From positions 128,900,001 to 128,964,000 of the forward strand of contig CM059431.1 in the NCBI GenBank assembly GCA_030390025.1: DNA of 64,000 bases. The letters are read 5' to 3'. Of the stretch, positions 1 to 13,350 are shown piece after piece. Made by a program: the position numbers and the translations under genes. Each line of letters starts with the position of its first letter. The stretch's first letter is position 1. Source of the DNA: Squalus acanthias. Taxonomy: Eukaryota. The notes under the pieces were generated by a model. It ran no database searches, was not told the DNA's origin, and was given only the letters and a program-made list of their open reading frames with translations.

Positions 1-1205
1 AAGTTCTGGACGCTTCACGTAGCCTGGACGACCACATGTGCGGGAAGTGTCACCAGCTACAGCAACTCGATCTCCGGGTTTCGGAACTTGAGCGGGAAAT
101 GGAGTCACTGCGGTGTATCCGCGAGGCTGAGAGTTACTTGGATAGCACATTTCTTGAGGTGGTCACTCTGCAGCTTAAGAGTATGTAGGCAGAGAGGGAA
201 TGGGTGACCGCCAGACAGAAGAGGAGGACCAGGCAAGTAGTGCAGGAGTCCACGGAGTGCATCGCACTCTCCAACCAGTCGCCTTATCTGAGGAAGGATG
301 TTCTTGCCATGGAGGGAGTGCAGTGAAGATTCACCAGACTGATACCTGGGATGGCAGGAATGGCGTATGAAGAGAGATTGGGTCGATTAGGCTTATATTC
401 GCTAGAGTTTAGAAGAATGAGAGGGGATCTCATTGAAACTTATAAAATTCTAACAGGACTAGACAGACTAGATGCAGGAAGGATGTTCCCGATGGCGGGG
501 GAGTCCAGAACCAGAGGTCACAGTCTAAGGATAAGGGGTAAGCCATTTAGGACTGAGATGAGGAGGAATTTCTTCACCCAGAGAGTGGTGAACCTGTGGA
601 ATTCTCTACCACAGAAGGCAGTTGAGGCCAATTCATTAAATATATTCAAGAAGGAGATAGATATATTTCTTAAGGCTAAAGGGATCAAGGGGATATGGGG
701 AGAAAGCAGGGACAGGGTACTGAATTTGGATGATCAGCCATGATCTCATTAAATGGCGGAGCAGGCTCGAGGGGCCAAATGGCCTACTCTTACTCCTATC
801 TTCTATGTTTTTATGTTTCTGTTCTGAGTACTGGTGAGGGCGATGGTTCCTCTGGGGAGTGCAGCCAGAGTCAAGTCCACGGCACCACGGGTGGCTCAGC
901 TGCACAGGGGAGGAGGAAAAAGAGTGGTAGAGCAATAGTGGTAGGGTATTCAATAATTAGGGGAGCAGACAGGCGTTTCTGCGGCCATAGACGTGACTCC
1001 AGGATGGTATGTTGCCTCCCAGGTGCCAGGGTCAAGGATGTCACTGAGCGGCTGCAGGACACTCTGAGGGGGGAGGGTGAACAGCCAGAGGTTGACCATA
1101 TCAGTACCAATGACATAGGCAGAAAGAGGGATGAGGTCCTGCAGGCAGAGTTTAGGGAGCTAGGAGAGAGATTAAAAAGCAGGAACTCAAAGGTAGTAAT
1201 CTCAA
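1..1205 (+). mobile_element. CR1 LINE ORF1 remnant (Zn-finger/coiled-coil then SGNH esterase), interrupted at 278-818 by another CR1 3' fragment
   Basis: 5' part reads HMCGKCHQLQQLDLRVSELERE; ORF 740-1228 contains RAIVVGYSIIRGADRRFCG and VCCLPGARVKDV, typical of CR1 ORF1 esterase. Confidence 0.8.
278..818 (+). mobile_element. 5'-truncated CR1 LINE (ORF2 C-terminus plus 3' UTR)
   Basis: YEERLGRLGLYSLEFRRMRGDLIETYK and TRGHSLRI...FFTQRVVNLWNSLP; 3' UTR ends in a ttctatgt-type tail. Confidence 0.9.
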
Positions 1206-1585
1206 ATGTCTGTCAATCTCCACCTTGAATATATTCAGTGACTCCGCCTCCACAGCTCTCCGGGGTAGAGCATTCCAAAGATTCACGACCCTCTGAGAGA
1301 AGAAATTCCTTCTCATCTCCGTCTTAAATGGGTGGCCCTTATTCTGAAACTATCCCCCACTAGGGGAAACATCCTCTCAGCATCCACCCTGTCAATCCCC
1401 CTCAGAAACTTAGATGTTTCAATAAGATCACCTCTCATTCTTCTAAACTCCAATGAGTATAGGCCCAACCTGCTCAACCTTTCGTCATACGTCAATCCCT
1501 TCATCCCAGGAATCAACCTAGTGAAGCTTCTCTGTACTGCCTCCAATGCAAGTATATCCTTCCTTAAATATGGAAACCACAACTG
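1206..1585 (-). mobile_element. CR1 ORF2 C-terminal fragment
   Basis: ORF 1313-1648(-): WFPYLRKDILALEAVQRSFTRLIPG...LGLYSLEFRRMRGDLIE. Confidence 0.85.
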
Positions 1586-1998
1586 TACGCTGGATTTGTT
1601 TTCATTAGAGCAAAGGAGGTTCAGGGGTGATTTGATAGAGGTGTACAAGATTATGATGGTTTGGATAGGCTAGACGGGGAAAGCCTGTTCCCACTAGTTG
1701 ATGGTACAAGGACTAGGGGACACAGATTTAAGGTTTTGGGCAAGAGATACAGGGGGAATGTGAGCAAGAACTTTTTTACGCAGCAAGTGGTGATGACCTG
1801 GAATTCGCTGCCGATGGAAGTGGTGGAAGCGGAGACACTCAATGTTTTCAAGGGGAGACTGGATAGGCACTTGAGGGAAATAAACTTGCAGGGCTACGGG
1901 GATAGAGCAGGGGAATGGGACTGACTGGGTTGTTCTACAGAGAGCCGGCACGGATTCAGTGGGCCGAATGGCCTCCTTCTGTGCCGTTATGACTCTAT
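1586..1998 (+). mobile_element. CR1 3' end fragment
   Basis: LFSLEQRRFRGDLIEVYK and TRGHRFKV...FFTQQVVMTWNSLP; tail tatgactctat is interrupted by the Harbinger element. Confidence 0.85.
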
Positions 1999-2356
1999 GG
2001 GGTAGAAATTAGGTCGCGCCCCATTTGGGGCGCAAATATCGTCCGGACGCAAATATTAGCGCCTGGCGCTAATTATCGGCACTGACAGGAAACTTCACTT
2101 TTACCGCCCCGGGAGGTGAGTGGAGCGCTAAAGCAGGCGCTGCACACCTGTCTTAAGGCGCAAAGGCCAAGGAGTGAGGCGCTAACTCAGCGCGCGAGCG
2201 CAGTGCAGCTGCTGCCAGTTAGCGAGGGAACACAGACACACTGGTGCCGGACACTTCTTAAAGCGGGGGGGGCCACTTGCTCCCCAGCCACACCCTGCTC
2301 ATTGCAGCCTTGAATCTCAGCCTGGAGAGACCTGTGAATCCATTTTGCTGCCAAGC

Positions 2357-4289
2357 ATGGAGAGGGTGAGAGAACGCGCTCATCGCTTCACCGAGCGGGC
2401 CTTGGATGCTCTGGTTGACGCAGTGGAGCGCAGACGATGTATGCTGTTCCCTGAGAGTGGCAGGAGGCCTTTGCCATGCGAGTTCAGAAGAGTGTGGAGG
2501 GAGGTGGCTCAGAGCGTCTCCTCCAGGAGCATGGTGCCCAGGACCCATACTCAATGCCGCAAAAAGTTCAACGACCTCACTCGGGTCGTCAGGGTGAGTG
2601 GCTTTTTCTTAATACCTCTCCATCCCTCCATCTCAACCTCACTCTATGGCCAGAGGGTCTTAAAACCCCAATGCACAACACTCATCCAACACCTATGGCC
2701 CTCTCATCAAACACACACACACATTCCACACTTTGCATACAGTAAGGGCTATTCACCTATGGGAGGCACATCAGGCAAGACCATGGCTGTATACAGTAAG
2801 GGCTATTCACCTATGGGAGGCACATCAGGCAAGACCATGGCTGTATACAGTAAGGGCTATTCACCTATGGGAGGCACATCAGGCAAGACCATGGCTGCAT
2901 ACAGTAAGGGCTATTCACCTATGGGAGGCACATCAGGCAAGACCATGGCTGTATATTTACTCAGATGCTGTCCTTTTTCTTGCAGGCTAAGCTGGCTCAT
3001 AATAGGAGACAGCAGCAACGGACAGGTGGAGGGCGGCTTCAGCTGCAACCCCTCAGCGATCTGGAGGAGCGCGTCCACAGGATTGTGGCAAGCCGGGTGA
3101 TCGGTCCCGTCGCCACTGGAGACGCCGACCCCGTTGTGGACAGCAATGGTAAGGTCATCACCTTTTTGTCCTCTGTCCTTCCACTTGTCCCTCACAACAC
3201 CAGCCTTTGACACTTTCAATCCAACTTGCTAACTCACTGCACTTATTCCTCCCTTACTGCCACCCTGTCCTCACGCTAAAGCCACTCTTGTACCTCCCTG
3301 CTTTCAGATGGTGATTCACCAGCTGAGGAGACGGGCCCTGAAGCTGCCACTGGGAGTGATGCTGCAGCCGAGGAGGAAGAGGAAGCCAGAGCATCAGTGC
3401 CACCCTCTCCCGAGGAAGCCCATGCCCACACTGGGAACACGCCTTCCCCGGAGGGGAGCAGGGGGGAAGGGGCTGATGATGGTGAAGCTCCAGGACCCAG
3501 CGGGCTGCAGCAACGCCATGGGGGGGGGGTAGGGAAGAACGGAGGCCTTCTCCCCAGAGGGAGAGTATGCCAGACACTCCTACTGCAATGGACGCAGAGG
3601 AGGAGCGGCTGATTGCAGAAATGAACACCCAGGCGGTGGGCATGCACACTGAGCTCATGGGTGCAGTGGGAAGGATGCCCGAATGCATTGAGTCACTGGC
3701 AAGGAGTGTGGAGCACTTCGCTGTAGCACAGGCGGATGCCACACTAACGCTTAGTGCTGCAATTCAGTCACTGGCTGCCTTGATCCCACCTCTGACTGCT
3801 CTCATACAGACTCAGATGGAGGCCACGCGAGCACAGACTGCTGCCAACCTCGATGGTTCGTGCACATGTCCCCGGGGCTGTCACCGCGCCGCAGCAGGCC
3901 AGCAATCTGTTCTCCGGCAGATTGCTCCGGATGCTGAAGTGCTGCCCCGTGGGAGTGCCAGTGTGTCGGGCGAGCAGGGAGTTGCTGGCCTCTCTCACGA
4001 TGACAGCATTCCTGCTGCCAACACTGTCACTTCTCCACTGCACTTGCCACCGCCTGTAGGACAGACTGCCGCCGCCCATGCAGAGTTGGTGCAGTCTGCA
4101 GCCGGGCCCTCCAGGCCCAGAAGTGGTCGAGGCCGTCCTTCAGGGGCATCTGCAGTGTCAGGGTCTGACGAGCAGCAGCCTTCCACCAGCCTTGCTGCAG
4201 CCACTGAGGTCCCATTACGGAGGAGCAGTAGGGTTAGAAGGGGGGAAGTGCGCAAGGGAAGGAGATCACCCTCGAAGGGCAAAAAGTAG
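2357..4289 (+). pseudogene. Harbinger Myb/SANT-like DNA-binding partner, 3 exons (about 2357-2593, 2986-3148, 3308-4289), frameshift at the G-run near 3519-3529
   Basis: RFTERALDALVDAV...W.EVA..VSSRSMVPRTHTQCRKKFNDL trihelix motif; GT-AG sites AGG|gtgagt, ttgcag|GCT, G|gtaagg and tttcag|AT give an in-frame splice. Confidence 0.8.
2737..2952 (+). repeat. 54-bp minisatellite, 4 copies, in intron 1 of the Myb gene
   Basis: Unit atacagtaagggctattcacctatgggaggcacatcaggcaagaccatggctgt, near-perfect copies. Confidence 0.95.
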
Positions 4290-4583
4290 GAGGTGTGACA
4301 AAATGCTGGTCATTTTTTAATTAAAGGCCGAGGTTCATGGTCCAACTTTTGTTTAGTGTTTTGGACATTATCTCCAGGTTGTGAGAACCAGTTATGTTAT
4401 TGACTGTTTTTTTGTGTTTATTTCTATGAGTTTGTCATGAGGAATTGACACACACAGAGTTTGTAAAATAAATAAGTTTCTGTATTCAAAATATACATGC
4501 CTGGTGGTTGGAATTATTGGTGCCTTGGCCGGCTTAGGGGTTGCGTGCTGGGTTGATTAGTGTTTGTAGCACTGGCAGGGGTC

Positions 4584-5744
4584 CTAGAAGCGGCTTGCTA
4601 TTAGTCGTTGACGGACGGCCCTTGCAGTTTGACCATTGTGGGCCGCCCTCCTGCCTTGGTGCTGCTGATGATCATCATCCTCGTCCTCTTCCTCCTCTTC
4701 CTCCTCCTCCTCTGGTGGTGCTACAAGGCCTGGTGGCATTGGCTGGGTCCTGAGGATTGCCATGTTGTGCAACATGCAGCACACGACTACGAAGTTCGAA
4801 ACTTGCTCAGGCGAGTACTGCAGGGCTCCACCGGAATGGTCCAGACAGCGGAACCGTTGTTTCAGCACGCCGATTGTGCGCTCAATAATGTTCCTGGTTG
4901 CTTGATGGCTTTCATTGTACCGCAGCTCAGCAGGGGTGTTTGGCGTACGGAGCGGTGTCATCAGCCAGGTGCTCAATGCGTACCCCTTGTCCCCCAGAAG
5001 CCAACCAACTGGCTGATGCGGTGCCTCGAAAACTTCTGCCACAGTAGTCTAGCGCAGGATGAAAGCATCGTGGCAGCTGCCCGGATAGTGGGCATTGACA
5101 GCGAGTATCACCTGTCTGTGGTCACAGACCAACTGCACATTCAAGGAATGGAACCCCTTTCTGTTCCTGAATTCCTCTGCATTCTCTCGCGGAGCACGCA
5201 AAGCCACATGCGTGCAGTCAATGGCGCCCTGCACCATGGGGAAGCCCGCTACCCTCGCAAAGCCCAGAGCACGGTCACGCTGCTTGTCTGGGGTCATAGG
5301 GAAAGAGATGAAGTCTCGTCTCCTTCTGAAGAGGGCATTGGTGACCTGCCGGATGCAGCGATGCACCGCAAACTGGGAGATATTGGCGAGGTCCCCAACA
5401 GCAGCTTGGAATGAGCCAGTGGCGTAGAAGTTCAAAGCCACTGTGACCTTCACTACCACCGACAGAGACGTCCTGGACCTCAGCTGAGGCTGCAGATCTG
5501 GCTGCAGCAGGTGGCAGAGCTCAGTGACCACCTCCTTGCTGAATCGCAGCCTTCGCAAACACAGCTCCTCGGACATATGGATGTAGGAGAGCTGTTCACG
5601 ATATACCCTGGGAGGGTAAGCTCTCCTGTACATGCGCCTGATGGCCCTCCTCCGTCTGGCCATCATTGCCACTCTCTGTCTGCGTCTCGGTATCCTCCGA
5701 TTCAGCTGGAGCAGGACGACGCCCCCAATCATTGCAGCCCCCAT
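4584..5744 (-). pseudogene. HARBI1-like DDE transposase with a single in-frame TAG at 5049-5051
   Basis: Motifs [81 protein letters not shown]. Confidence 0.92.
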
Positions 5745-6519
5745 ATTCTCTTTGCCAGAAAAGTAATGAGGTACAGCAACTAAAGTAGCAACAAAGTTAG
5801 GATGAATAGGCAAAACTACCTCACAAAGCGTTGAGTCAATGTAGAAGTCTCTCTCTCTCTCTCCGAATCTCTCTCTCTCTCTCAGAACGAGTGGTGCATA
5901 AATGTCGACCACAGAAAAAGACAGGAAGAGGCCCCCTTTAAATAGCGCCCCCCCCCAGCCCCACACCGATTGATAGCGTTCCAGTCTTCCGGTCGTTGGA
6001 AGCGCCAGGCGGTAAGGCAGGGGGCGCCACTCAATTTCCGCTCCGGGGCGCCCCAAGGGCGTTGCACCATGGAATGACGTCACAATCTGCGCGCGCAGGT
6101 GGTCGCAGCGGTAAGTTTTAGTGCCGCCGCACAATCTCAAGTTAAGTTCTCGAGCGGCGCAAACATCGCTGCGCCCGGGCGTTAACGGCTTAACGCCCCA
6201 TTAGCGCCCTCTTAAGGCACTAACGGGAGGCGCAACCAAGTGAATTTTTACCCCTATGACTATAAACAAAGGAGTTTGGCCGTCAAGATTTGGGTTGGAA
6301 GTGGTTCAATGAGCAGATAGTGCTCTTCCATGGGATTTATTAAGGCTTGCTCCTTGCTTATAATTGCCCATTTAAAATGACATGGTAATAACATACAAAT
6401 CAATTTATTATGTTTTTACTACAAGCTGGTATACAACATAACACCAATAATTCTGCTGGGGTTCTTCCAATTGTCTGCTGTTTATTTGACAGAAACTCCA
6501 GAGAAACAACATAAATGGC

Positions 6520-7447
6520 CAAAATAAAAACAGAAAATGCTGGAAATACTCAGAAGGTCAGGCAGCATCTGTAGAGAGAGAAACAGAGTTAACGTTTCAA
6601 GTCGATGACCCTTCATCAGAACTGGAAAAAGTTGGAGATGTAAAAGGTTTTTAAGCAAGTGTAGGGGCAGGGAGAGGGGGGAGGGGAGGAAAGAACAAAA
6701 GGGAAGGTCTGTGATAGGATGGAAGGCAGGAGAGATTAAGAGACAAAAGGGATGAATGGTGCAAGGCAAAAGGAGATGGTAATGGGACAAGTTAAGAAAC
6801 AAAAGATGACTCTAGATGAAGTGTAAATGGCAATGGCAGGATCATCGAGCTTACATTGAGCTTCATTGGAACAGTGTAAGAGGCTGAGGACGGAGAGGTC
6901 AGAGTGGGAGTGGAGTGGAGAATTAAAGTGACAAGCGACCGGAAGCTCGGGGTCACGCTTACAGTCTGAACAGAGGTGTTCCGCAAAACGGTCACCCAGT
7001 CTGTGTTTGGTCTCCCCAATGTAGAGGAGACCACATCGTGAGCAGTGAATACAGTATACTAAATTGCAAGAAGTACAAGTAACTCGCTGTTTCACCTTGA
7101 AGGAGTGTTTGGGGCCCTGGACAGCGGGACGGGAGGGGGTAAAAGGGCAGATGTTGCATCTCCTGCGCTTGCATGGGAAGGTGCTGGGGGAAGGGGTGTT
7201 GGGGGTGATAGAGGAGTGGACCAGGGTGTCACGAAGGGAGTAGTCCCTTCGGAATGCTGAAAGGGGAGGGGAGGGAAAGATGTGTTTGGTGGTGGGATCA
7301 CGCTGGAGGTGGCGGAAATGGCGGAGGATGATCCGTTGAATGTGGAGGCTGGTGGGGTGAAAGGTGAGGACAAGGGGAACCCTATCGTGGTTGCGGGAGG
7401 GAGGGGAAGGGTGAGAGCAGAAGTGCGGAAAATAGAATGGTCACGGT
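6520..7447 (-). mobile_element. Penelope-like element 3' part (GIY-YIG endonuclease remnant plus pLTR with a hammerhead core near 6590-6625)
   Basis: CTSCNLVYCIHCSRCGLLYIGETKHRLGDRFAEH; minus strand ctgatga-agggtcatcgactt-gaaacgtt. Confidence 0.85.
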
Positions 7448-9339
7448 CATAAATGGCCATGTGCTCCATTTCCCCAGAGCTTTCACTGGAATTATGGCTG
7501 GAAATCGGGGAACCCCCAAGGAAATTCAACATCTAATGTTGAATTGTAAGCCATTGAAAACAGAATTTATTCTACTCAGGTGTAGGACGTAAAGTGGTTG
7601 GATACAGTCCCGAAATGCATTCAAATACATACTTGCTGCCAAGTGTCCTCTATTTATCAAATAACAATAACATTAGCAGTCTGTATGGAATATTAGGCTA
7701 TCAGTATTAACCTTCATGTTCATGACATGACTGCAAGATACTGGAAACTTTCATAGAAGAAGTCAATTTTAAAGGTTGAATTAGAATAGAAATCTAAAGC
7801 TAGTCAAGTATTCTATTTCAAAAACACATATCCGTCCCTGGAGTCGGAGTACTGCAAGAACTGGGAATTTCAAATTTCTATAGATTTTGCTCTTAAACCA
7901 TGAAAAATAAGGATAAGAAGTTTATAAATGGAATTTCAACCATGAGATTGGATTACAGCCCTTAACTCTTTTCCAAACGATTATTATGTCAGCTTATATA
8001 CTTAGTATGCTTTTACTGATATTTTATTACTCATGTACTCTCTGCGCAATCTGCATGCTGTGTTCAGCTGACAGCATGCGACAGAGGATAAAGGAAATCA
8101 CAGCGATTGTGATGTTTGACCTAAAGAATTACACAATTAAGTGACTTATGTTATGGTATTACAAGCTTGACTTTTGCAGCAGTTTACAAAATTATATATT
8201 ATATGCAATATTTTATTGTAATGCCTCAGAACAAAGAGGACATAGTGATAATAATTTTAAGGGGAAGCATCAGCCTGGTAAAATAACTGTGTTACTGGTT
8301 CGCCAGTTTTTAAAAGATGTGCACTGAGACAATTTCATTGCATTATCAATCATAGCTGAGCAAATGTTTCATGAAAAGTGGTATTGCAATGGTTTATGAG
8401 GCTGTGGTTGTCGTGGAACAGAATTCCCAGCTGTTCCAGGCAATGAATTTGTCTGAAAACTCCCCGAGAGTCTGATAATGTTGCAGCTTCAAATTCTTAA
8501 TTATGATGTCGGTTTACAGAGGAACGCTCAAATAAAAAAGGATAATTTTATCCGAGGCTTAGATTTCCTGATTTGGCATTGTTTGGCACCCGAAGTTTTC
8601 TACTTATTGTTAATTGGTGTTCAAATAATGCCAATTGGGAGACCGAGGCATAAAGTAAATAGGCAACAAAATAAAACAAATTCAGCTTCTCCTCCAACAT
8701 CTCCCTTTTTGTCTGATTTTCTGTAAGTTGATTAGGGCAGCAGGTAATTAGTATGAAAGTGTGCATTGCTAAAAGGTGGGTACATATTTGCTGAGAGCAG
8801 CACTATGAGATAGCCATTTATATTAATTTAACTAAATGCATCTAAAGCTTTGATGATGTAAAATTTAGGAATCATTTCAGGTGTACAGTGCCACAGTCGG
8901 ATTATAGTTCTTTTTCATCAGAAAGATTTATCATTTTTTTGGTTAGAAAATGCAGAGAGAGAGAATAATAGCCAGTATGTTACAAAGGGCGTAACATTCC
9001 ACAGCAATGTTCAGCTACACCATAAATCTCCTCCACAGATCCTATTTAGAAAATACTCTGATCTATCTTTCTTAGGTCCAAAGTGGATATCCCCACACTT
9101 CCCCACATTGAACTCCATCTGCCACAGTTTTGAAGGTAAGAATCAGAGGAGCAGAGTGTTCAGGATGGTGCATAAGGCTAAAGGATCTAGCAGAGATAAA
9201 TGGCAAATGCCCGAGAGGGATTTATAATCAAGGATTTCACATTTAATACATTGATAGACGGGGGGCGGGGGGGGCGGGGGGAGCAGTGGGAAGCCAGTGA
9301 ACATCAGCAAGAATGCATTTGGTGCACAAATGAGATTTA

Positions 9340-12300
9340 GGGCTGAATTTTGCCGACGCTCAGAGTGCGGATTTGGAGTCGGGTCTGCTGTCAAAATCGA
9401 AATGATTGACAGTGGGTTGGGAACCCGCTGTGAACCCGCCTCCATGTAAGTTTCCAAAGTGTCAGGTCTGCGATTTCAGAACAGACCCGACACCAAACGG
9501 CGGGGGAGGCATTTAAGATACTTAACTACTTGTTAAGTGCTTGGTTACTAATATTTTGCCAGCTTTTTTCTATTTTACCACATTTTTAAAGGGGTTCACG
9601 TCGTTTGGATATCTCATCAGGTAAGTAGGTCGGATTCTCTATGTCTCCCCATTGCTGTGAATAGGTGACAGCTGCAAAAGTGGTATGAAAGCTACCATTT
9701 CACAGCTGGTCACTTTCCAATGTCAGCAGCTTGAGCCTTCAGGAAATGGAAGACAGATTGAGCTGTATGCAGTTTGGAAATGTTTGGAGTAAACTCTCTA
9801 TCCACTGTCACCTCCTTGGAGCAAGCTTTCTCACCATTGACAGATCGCTTCTGTCATCTCAACATCAGCTGCCATCTATTCCAGCAACATCGATGCTCTT
9901 GAAAAAATCTCACCTTGGTCCTCAGAATCCCAATATCAGCAGCACCAGGCACACCAGCATCACCAACAACAATACCAACCTTCTCCGCAATCATCTGATG
10001 CTGCAGAGGACACAGGGCATCAGCACCCGACAACATTCAGGACTTGGAAGACACTTTTGAGCTGTATCCAATTTGGAAGTGTTTGGAGTAAACTCTTTAT
10101 CCACTGTCACCTCCTTGGAGCAAGCTCTCTCACAATTGACAGAACGCTTGTCATCTCTACTTCACCTGCCATCTATTTCATCAGCATGGGTGCCCTTTGT
10201 ACTCTCTCACCTTGTTCCTCAGAAGCCCACCACGATCAGCCACAACACCAGCAGCACCAAGCAAACCAGCAGCACCAACAACAACACTACCAACCTTTTC
10301 CGAAATCACCTGATGCTGCACAGGACAGAGGGCATCAGCACCCAGCCACATTGCTGCCCGGGAGGCCAGGGATGGTCTCACCATGGCTAGATTTACTTCA
10401 CTTGACGCTGTACACCCTGGCTGCCACATGATGCGCCAGGTTGGTGCCACCACCCCACACCAACACCATAAAGCATCCCTACAATGTCCAAGCCATTCCT
10501 TTCACAATCGTCATCATTGCGGGGAGTACCGTTATGTCTCATCATTCACTGCAACTCACTAAGCCACTTCCAAAGGTGCACACAAATCTGTCCAAGAATG
10601 CAAAGTGTTGAAAATAAAGGTTTCAATGTTTGACACCACATTAACAGAAACTTTACATGAACATTGGATAAAACACCCAAGTGCCAACCCTTGTGTGTTG
10701 TTAGTCAGTGTGATTGCACTAGGATGAGGGTGAGTGTGAGGGGTGGCTAGTGAGATGCTCAAGTGATATTAGATGGAGAGGGATGGGTGGAGGTGCAAGG
10801 TAAGTTGGTGTGAGTAAGGATGTGCAGGAGTAGGGTAGGGAAGGCAGAGTGATGGGGATGTGATGAGTGGCACAGCAGGATGAGGTTGAGTGTGGCTTTG
10901 CAGTAGCGTTTCGTGATCTACTGAGATCATTGAAAGTTTTGCACCACTGCAGCCTGGTCCTCTTGATAACATCCCTGCTTGTGCCCTCCTGTGCAATGAG
11001 CAACCAGGCTGCATTGGTGTCCTGGGGAGGTCTCTTCCACCCTTGAATTGAGAATTGGTTAACAGACAGAAAACAAAGAGTAGGGATAAACGGGTCTTTT
11101 TCAGGATGGCAGGCTGTGACTAGTGGGGTACCGCATTAATCGGTGCTTGGGCCCCAGCTATTCACAATCTATATCAATGATTTGGATGAGGGGACTAAAT
11201 GTAGCATTTCCAAATTTGCTGATGATACAAAGCTAGGTGGCAGTGTCAGTTGTGAAGAGGATGTGAAGAGGCTTCAAGGGGATCTCGACAGGCTCAGTGA
11301 GTGGATGAGAATGTGGCAGATGGAATATAATGTGGATAAATGTGAAGTTATCCACTTTGGTAGAAAAAACAGAAAGGCAGAGTATTTCCTAAATGGTGAA
11401 AGATTGGGGAATGTAGATACTCAAAGGGACCTGGGTGTCCTTGTACATGAGTCACTGAAAGTGACTGTGCAGGTGCAGCAAGCCACTAGGAAGGCAAATG
11501 GTATACTGGCCTTCATTACAAGAGGATTTAAGTACAGGAGTAAAGAAATCTTACTCCAATTATATAGGGCCTTGTTGAGACTACACCTGGAGTACTGTGT
11601 ACAATTTTGGTTTCCTTACCTAAGGAAGGATATACTTGCCATAGAGGGAGTGCAAAGAAGGTTCACGAGATTGATTACTGGGATGACGGGACTGTCGTAT
11701 GAGAAGAGATTGAGTAAACTAGGCCTGTATTCTCTTGAATTCAGAAGAATGAGAGGGGATCTCATTGAAGCATACAAAATTATTACAGGGCTTGATAGGG
11801 TGGATGCTGGGAGAATGTTTCCCTTGGCTGGGGAGTCTAGAACCAGGGGCCACAGCCTCAGGATAAAGGGAAAGCCATTCAGGACTGAGATGAGAAGAAA
11901 TTTCTTCACACAGAGGGTGGTGAATCTTTGGAATTCTCTACCCCAGAGGGCTGTGGAGGCTCAGTCATTGGGTATATTCAAAACAGGAGTCGATAGATTT
12001 CTGACTGCTAAAGGCATCAAGGGATATGGCGATAGGGCCGGTGAATGGAGTTGAGGCAGAAGATCAGCCATGATCTCACTGAATGGTGGAGCAGGCTCGA
12101 ACGGCTGAATGGCCTACTCCTGCTCCTATTTCTTATGTTCTTAAATGAACCCCCCTGCGTGCTGTGACTCCCTCCATAAGCATATGGAGGGAGTCTTGCG
12201 AGTGCCTGGGTGCAGCCGTGCAACTTTGTGCAGTGCTTGTCAGTGTTTGCAGCACCTCAATGCTGCAGAACACTGACAGCACAACTGTCAAAATGAATGC

Positions 12301-12518
12301 GGCCATGGTCCCTTTAAGGAAACCAGCTGATGGCACGTCATCAAATGACGTCATCAGACCCGCTTCCTTTTAATTGGTCAGGAACCCCGCTGGGTGGGCT
12401 TAACAAACCCTAAGAATGGAAAATCCTTTTTGCAGAGTGGCTGCAGCCGGGAATGGGACTGGAACTCACCAACCACCTCTCCCGCCGTGATCCCGCCTCC
12501 GCTGGCGAAATCACGGCC
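9340..12518. mobile_element. Non-autonomous Harbinger-derived element (decayed Myb exon on -), with a CR1 insertion and an internal tandem duplication of about 300 bp
   Basis: Ends gggctgaattttgcc and ggcgaaatcacggcc; homologous to 14454-16228 and 32285-34056; decayed IAQEGTSRDVIKRTRLQWCKTFNDLSRS. Confidence 0.7.
11047..12142 (+). mobile_element. 5'-truncated CR1 LINE (RT C-half plus 3' UTR)
   Basis: ORF 11143-12054: LGPQLFTIYINDL, KFADDTKL, CR1 C-terminal motifs; ttcttatgttctta tail. Confidence 0.92.
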
Positions 12519-12529
12519 TGAGTGTGGAA

Positions 12530-13350
12530 CAGGAGATGAATGTCAGAGTACTGGACAAGTTGAAGTTAATGAAATAAGTAGCATGGTAGGCCAGCCAAGA
12601 GGTACAATTAAAGATTTCAGCAGTGGAGAATCTGACATAGGGGTAGAGGCAGGCAATGGTGCGAAGATAGAAATATGCAAACTTAGTGAGGGATAGCATG
12701 TAGGTTAACTTTGTCAGTGATGGAGACAACAAACACAAAGAAGATATGAAAGATGATGAGATCAGGAGGATGGAAAATGATATGTGTGTGGAAGTGAATA
12801 GGAAAGGTGAGATCAAGGGAAGACAGGAGATCATTGAAATTGAAGGAGGGGGATGCGGGCAAAGGAAATCGAAGTATAGATTCAAGTCTCCAAAGATGAG
12901 AAGTCATTCAGCACAAAGGCTAAGGGAAGTGAGGAGGGAGGACATCTTGAGAAGGACGTTGGCACTGGACTTGTGAGAACAGTAAATCAAGAGGATTTTG
13001 ATTGAGAGATGTGAGGGTTAGAAAAGGATAAATTGTTTGATGAACAACAAATGCTATGGGAAGAGCAAGATGAGGGTCCCCAGTCCTTTTTCTTCCATCC
13101 ATCCCAGTTACACCTGCTTCTTGGGACAGTCATGTGGAAGATGGAGTTAGGCCTGGGTTATCAGTAGTCATGGCCCAACAGAATCTAGTTGACTTTCATT
13201 GCAGTCAGAGGAGATTGCAGCAGAAATAGGTAGAAAATTAGACTCGATTCAGAAGATACTGTAAGAGAAGGTCAGGCTAAACAGCAAGAGAAAACACTAA
13301 AGAGATGTGAGAAGTGAGTTCAACAGAGACAACAAGCATTCAAGAGATTT
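12530..13350 (-). mobile_element. Highly decayed L2-like LINE endonuclease region
   Basis: Minus-strand remnants LIFGDLNL...FNDLLSSLDL...HTH...PDLII resemble APE motifs. Confidence 0.5.

Larger units (their letters stand above)
1999..6254. mobile_element. PIF/Harbinger DNA transposon, two-gene autonomous-type copy
   Basis: TIRs ggggtagaaatt (1999) and aatttttacccc (ends 6254); TAT direct repeat at 1996-1998 and 6255-6257; convergent Myb/SANT and DDE transposase genes inside. Confidence 0.92.

Noticed and set aside
4608..5414. 268-aa + strand ORF
   Set aside because: Antisense shadow of the GC-rich transposase
5745..6140. N-terminal 130 aa of ORF 5049-6140
   Set aside because: Starts at a non-ATG codon in the subterminal region and crosses a (GA)n tract; the transposase more plausibly starts at the ATG at 5744
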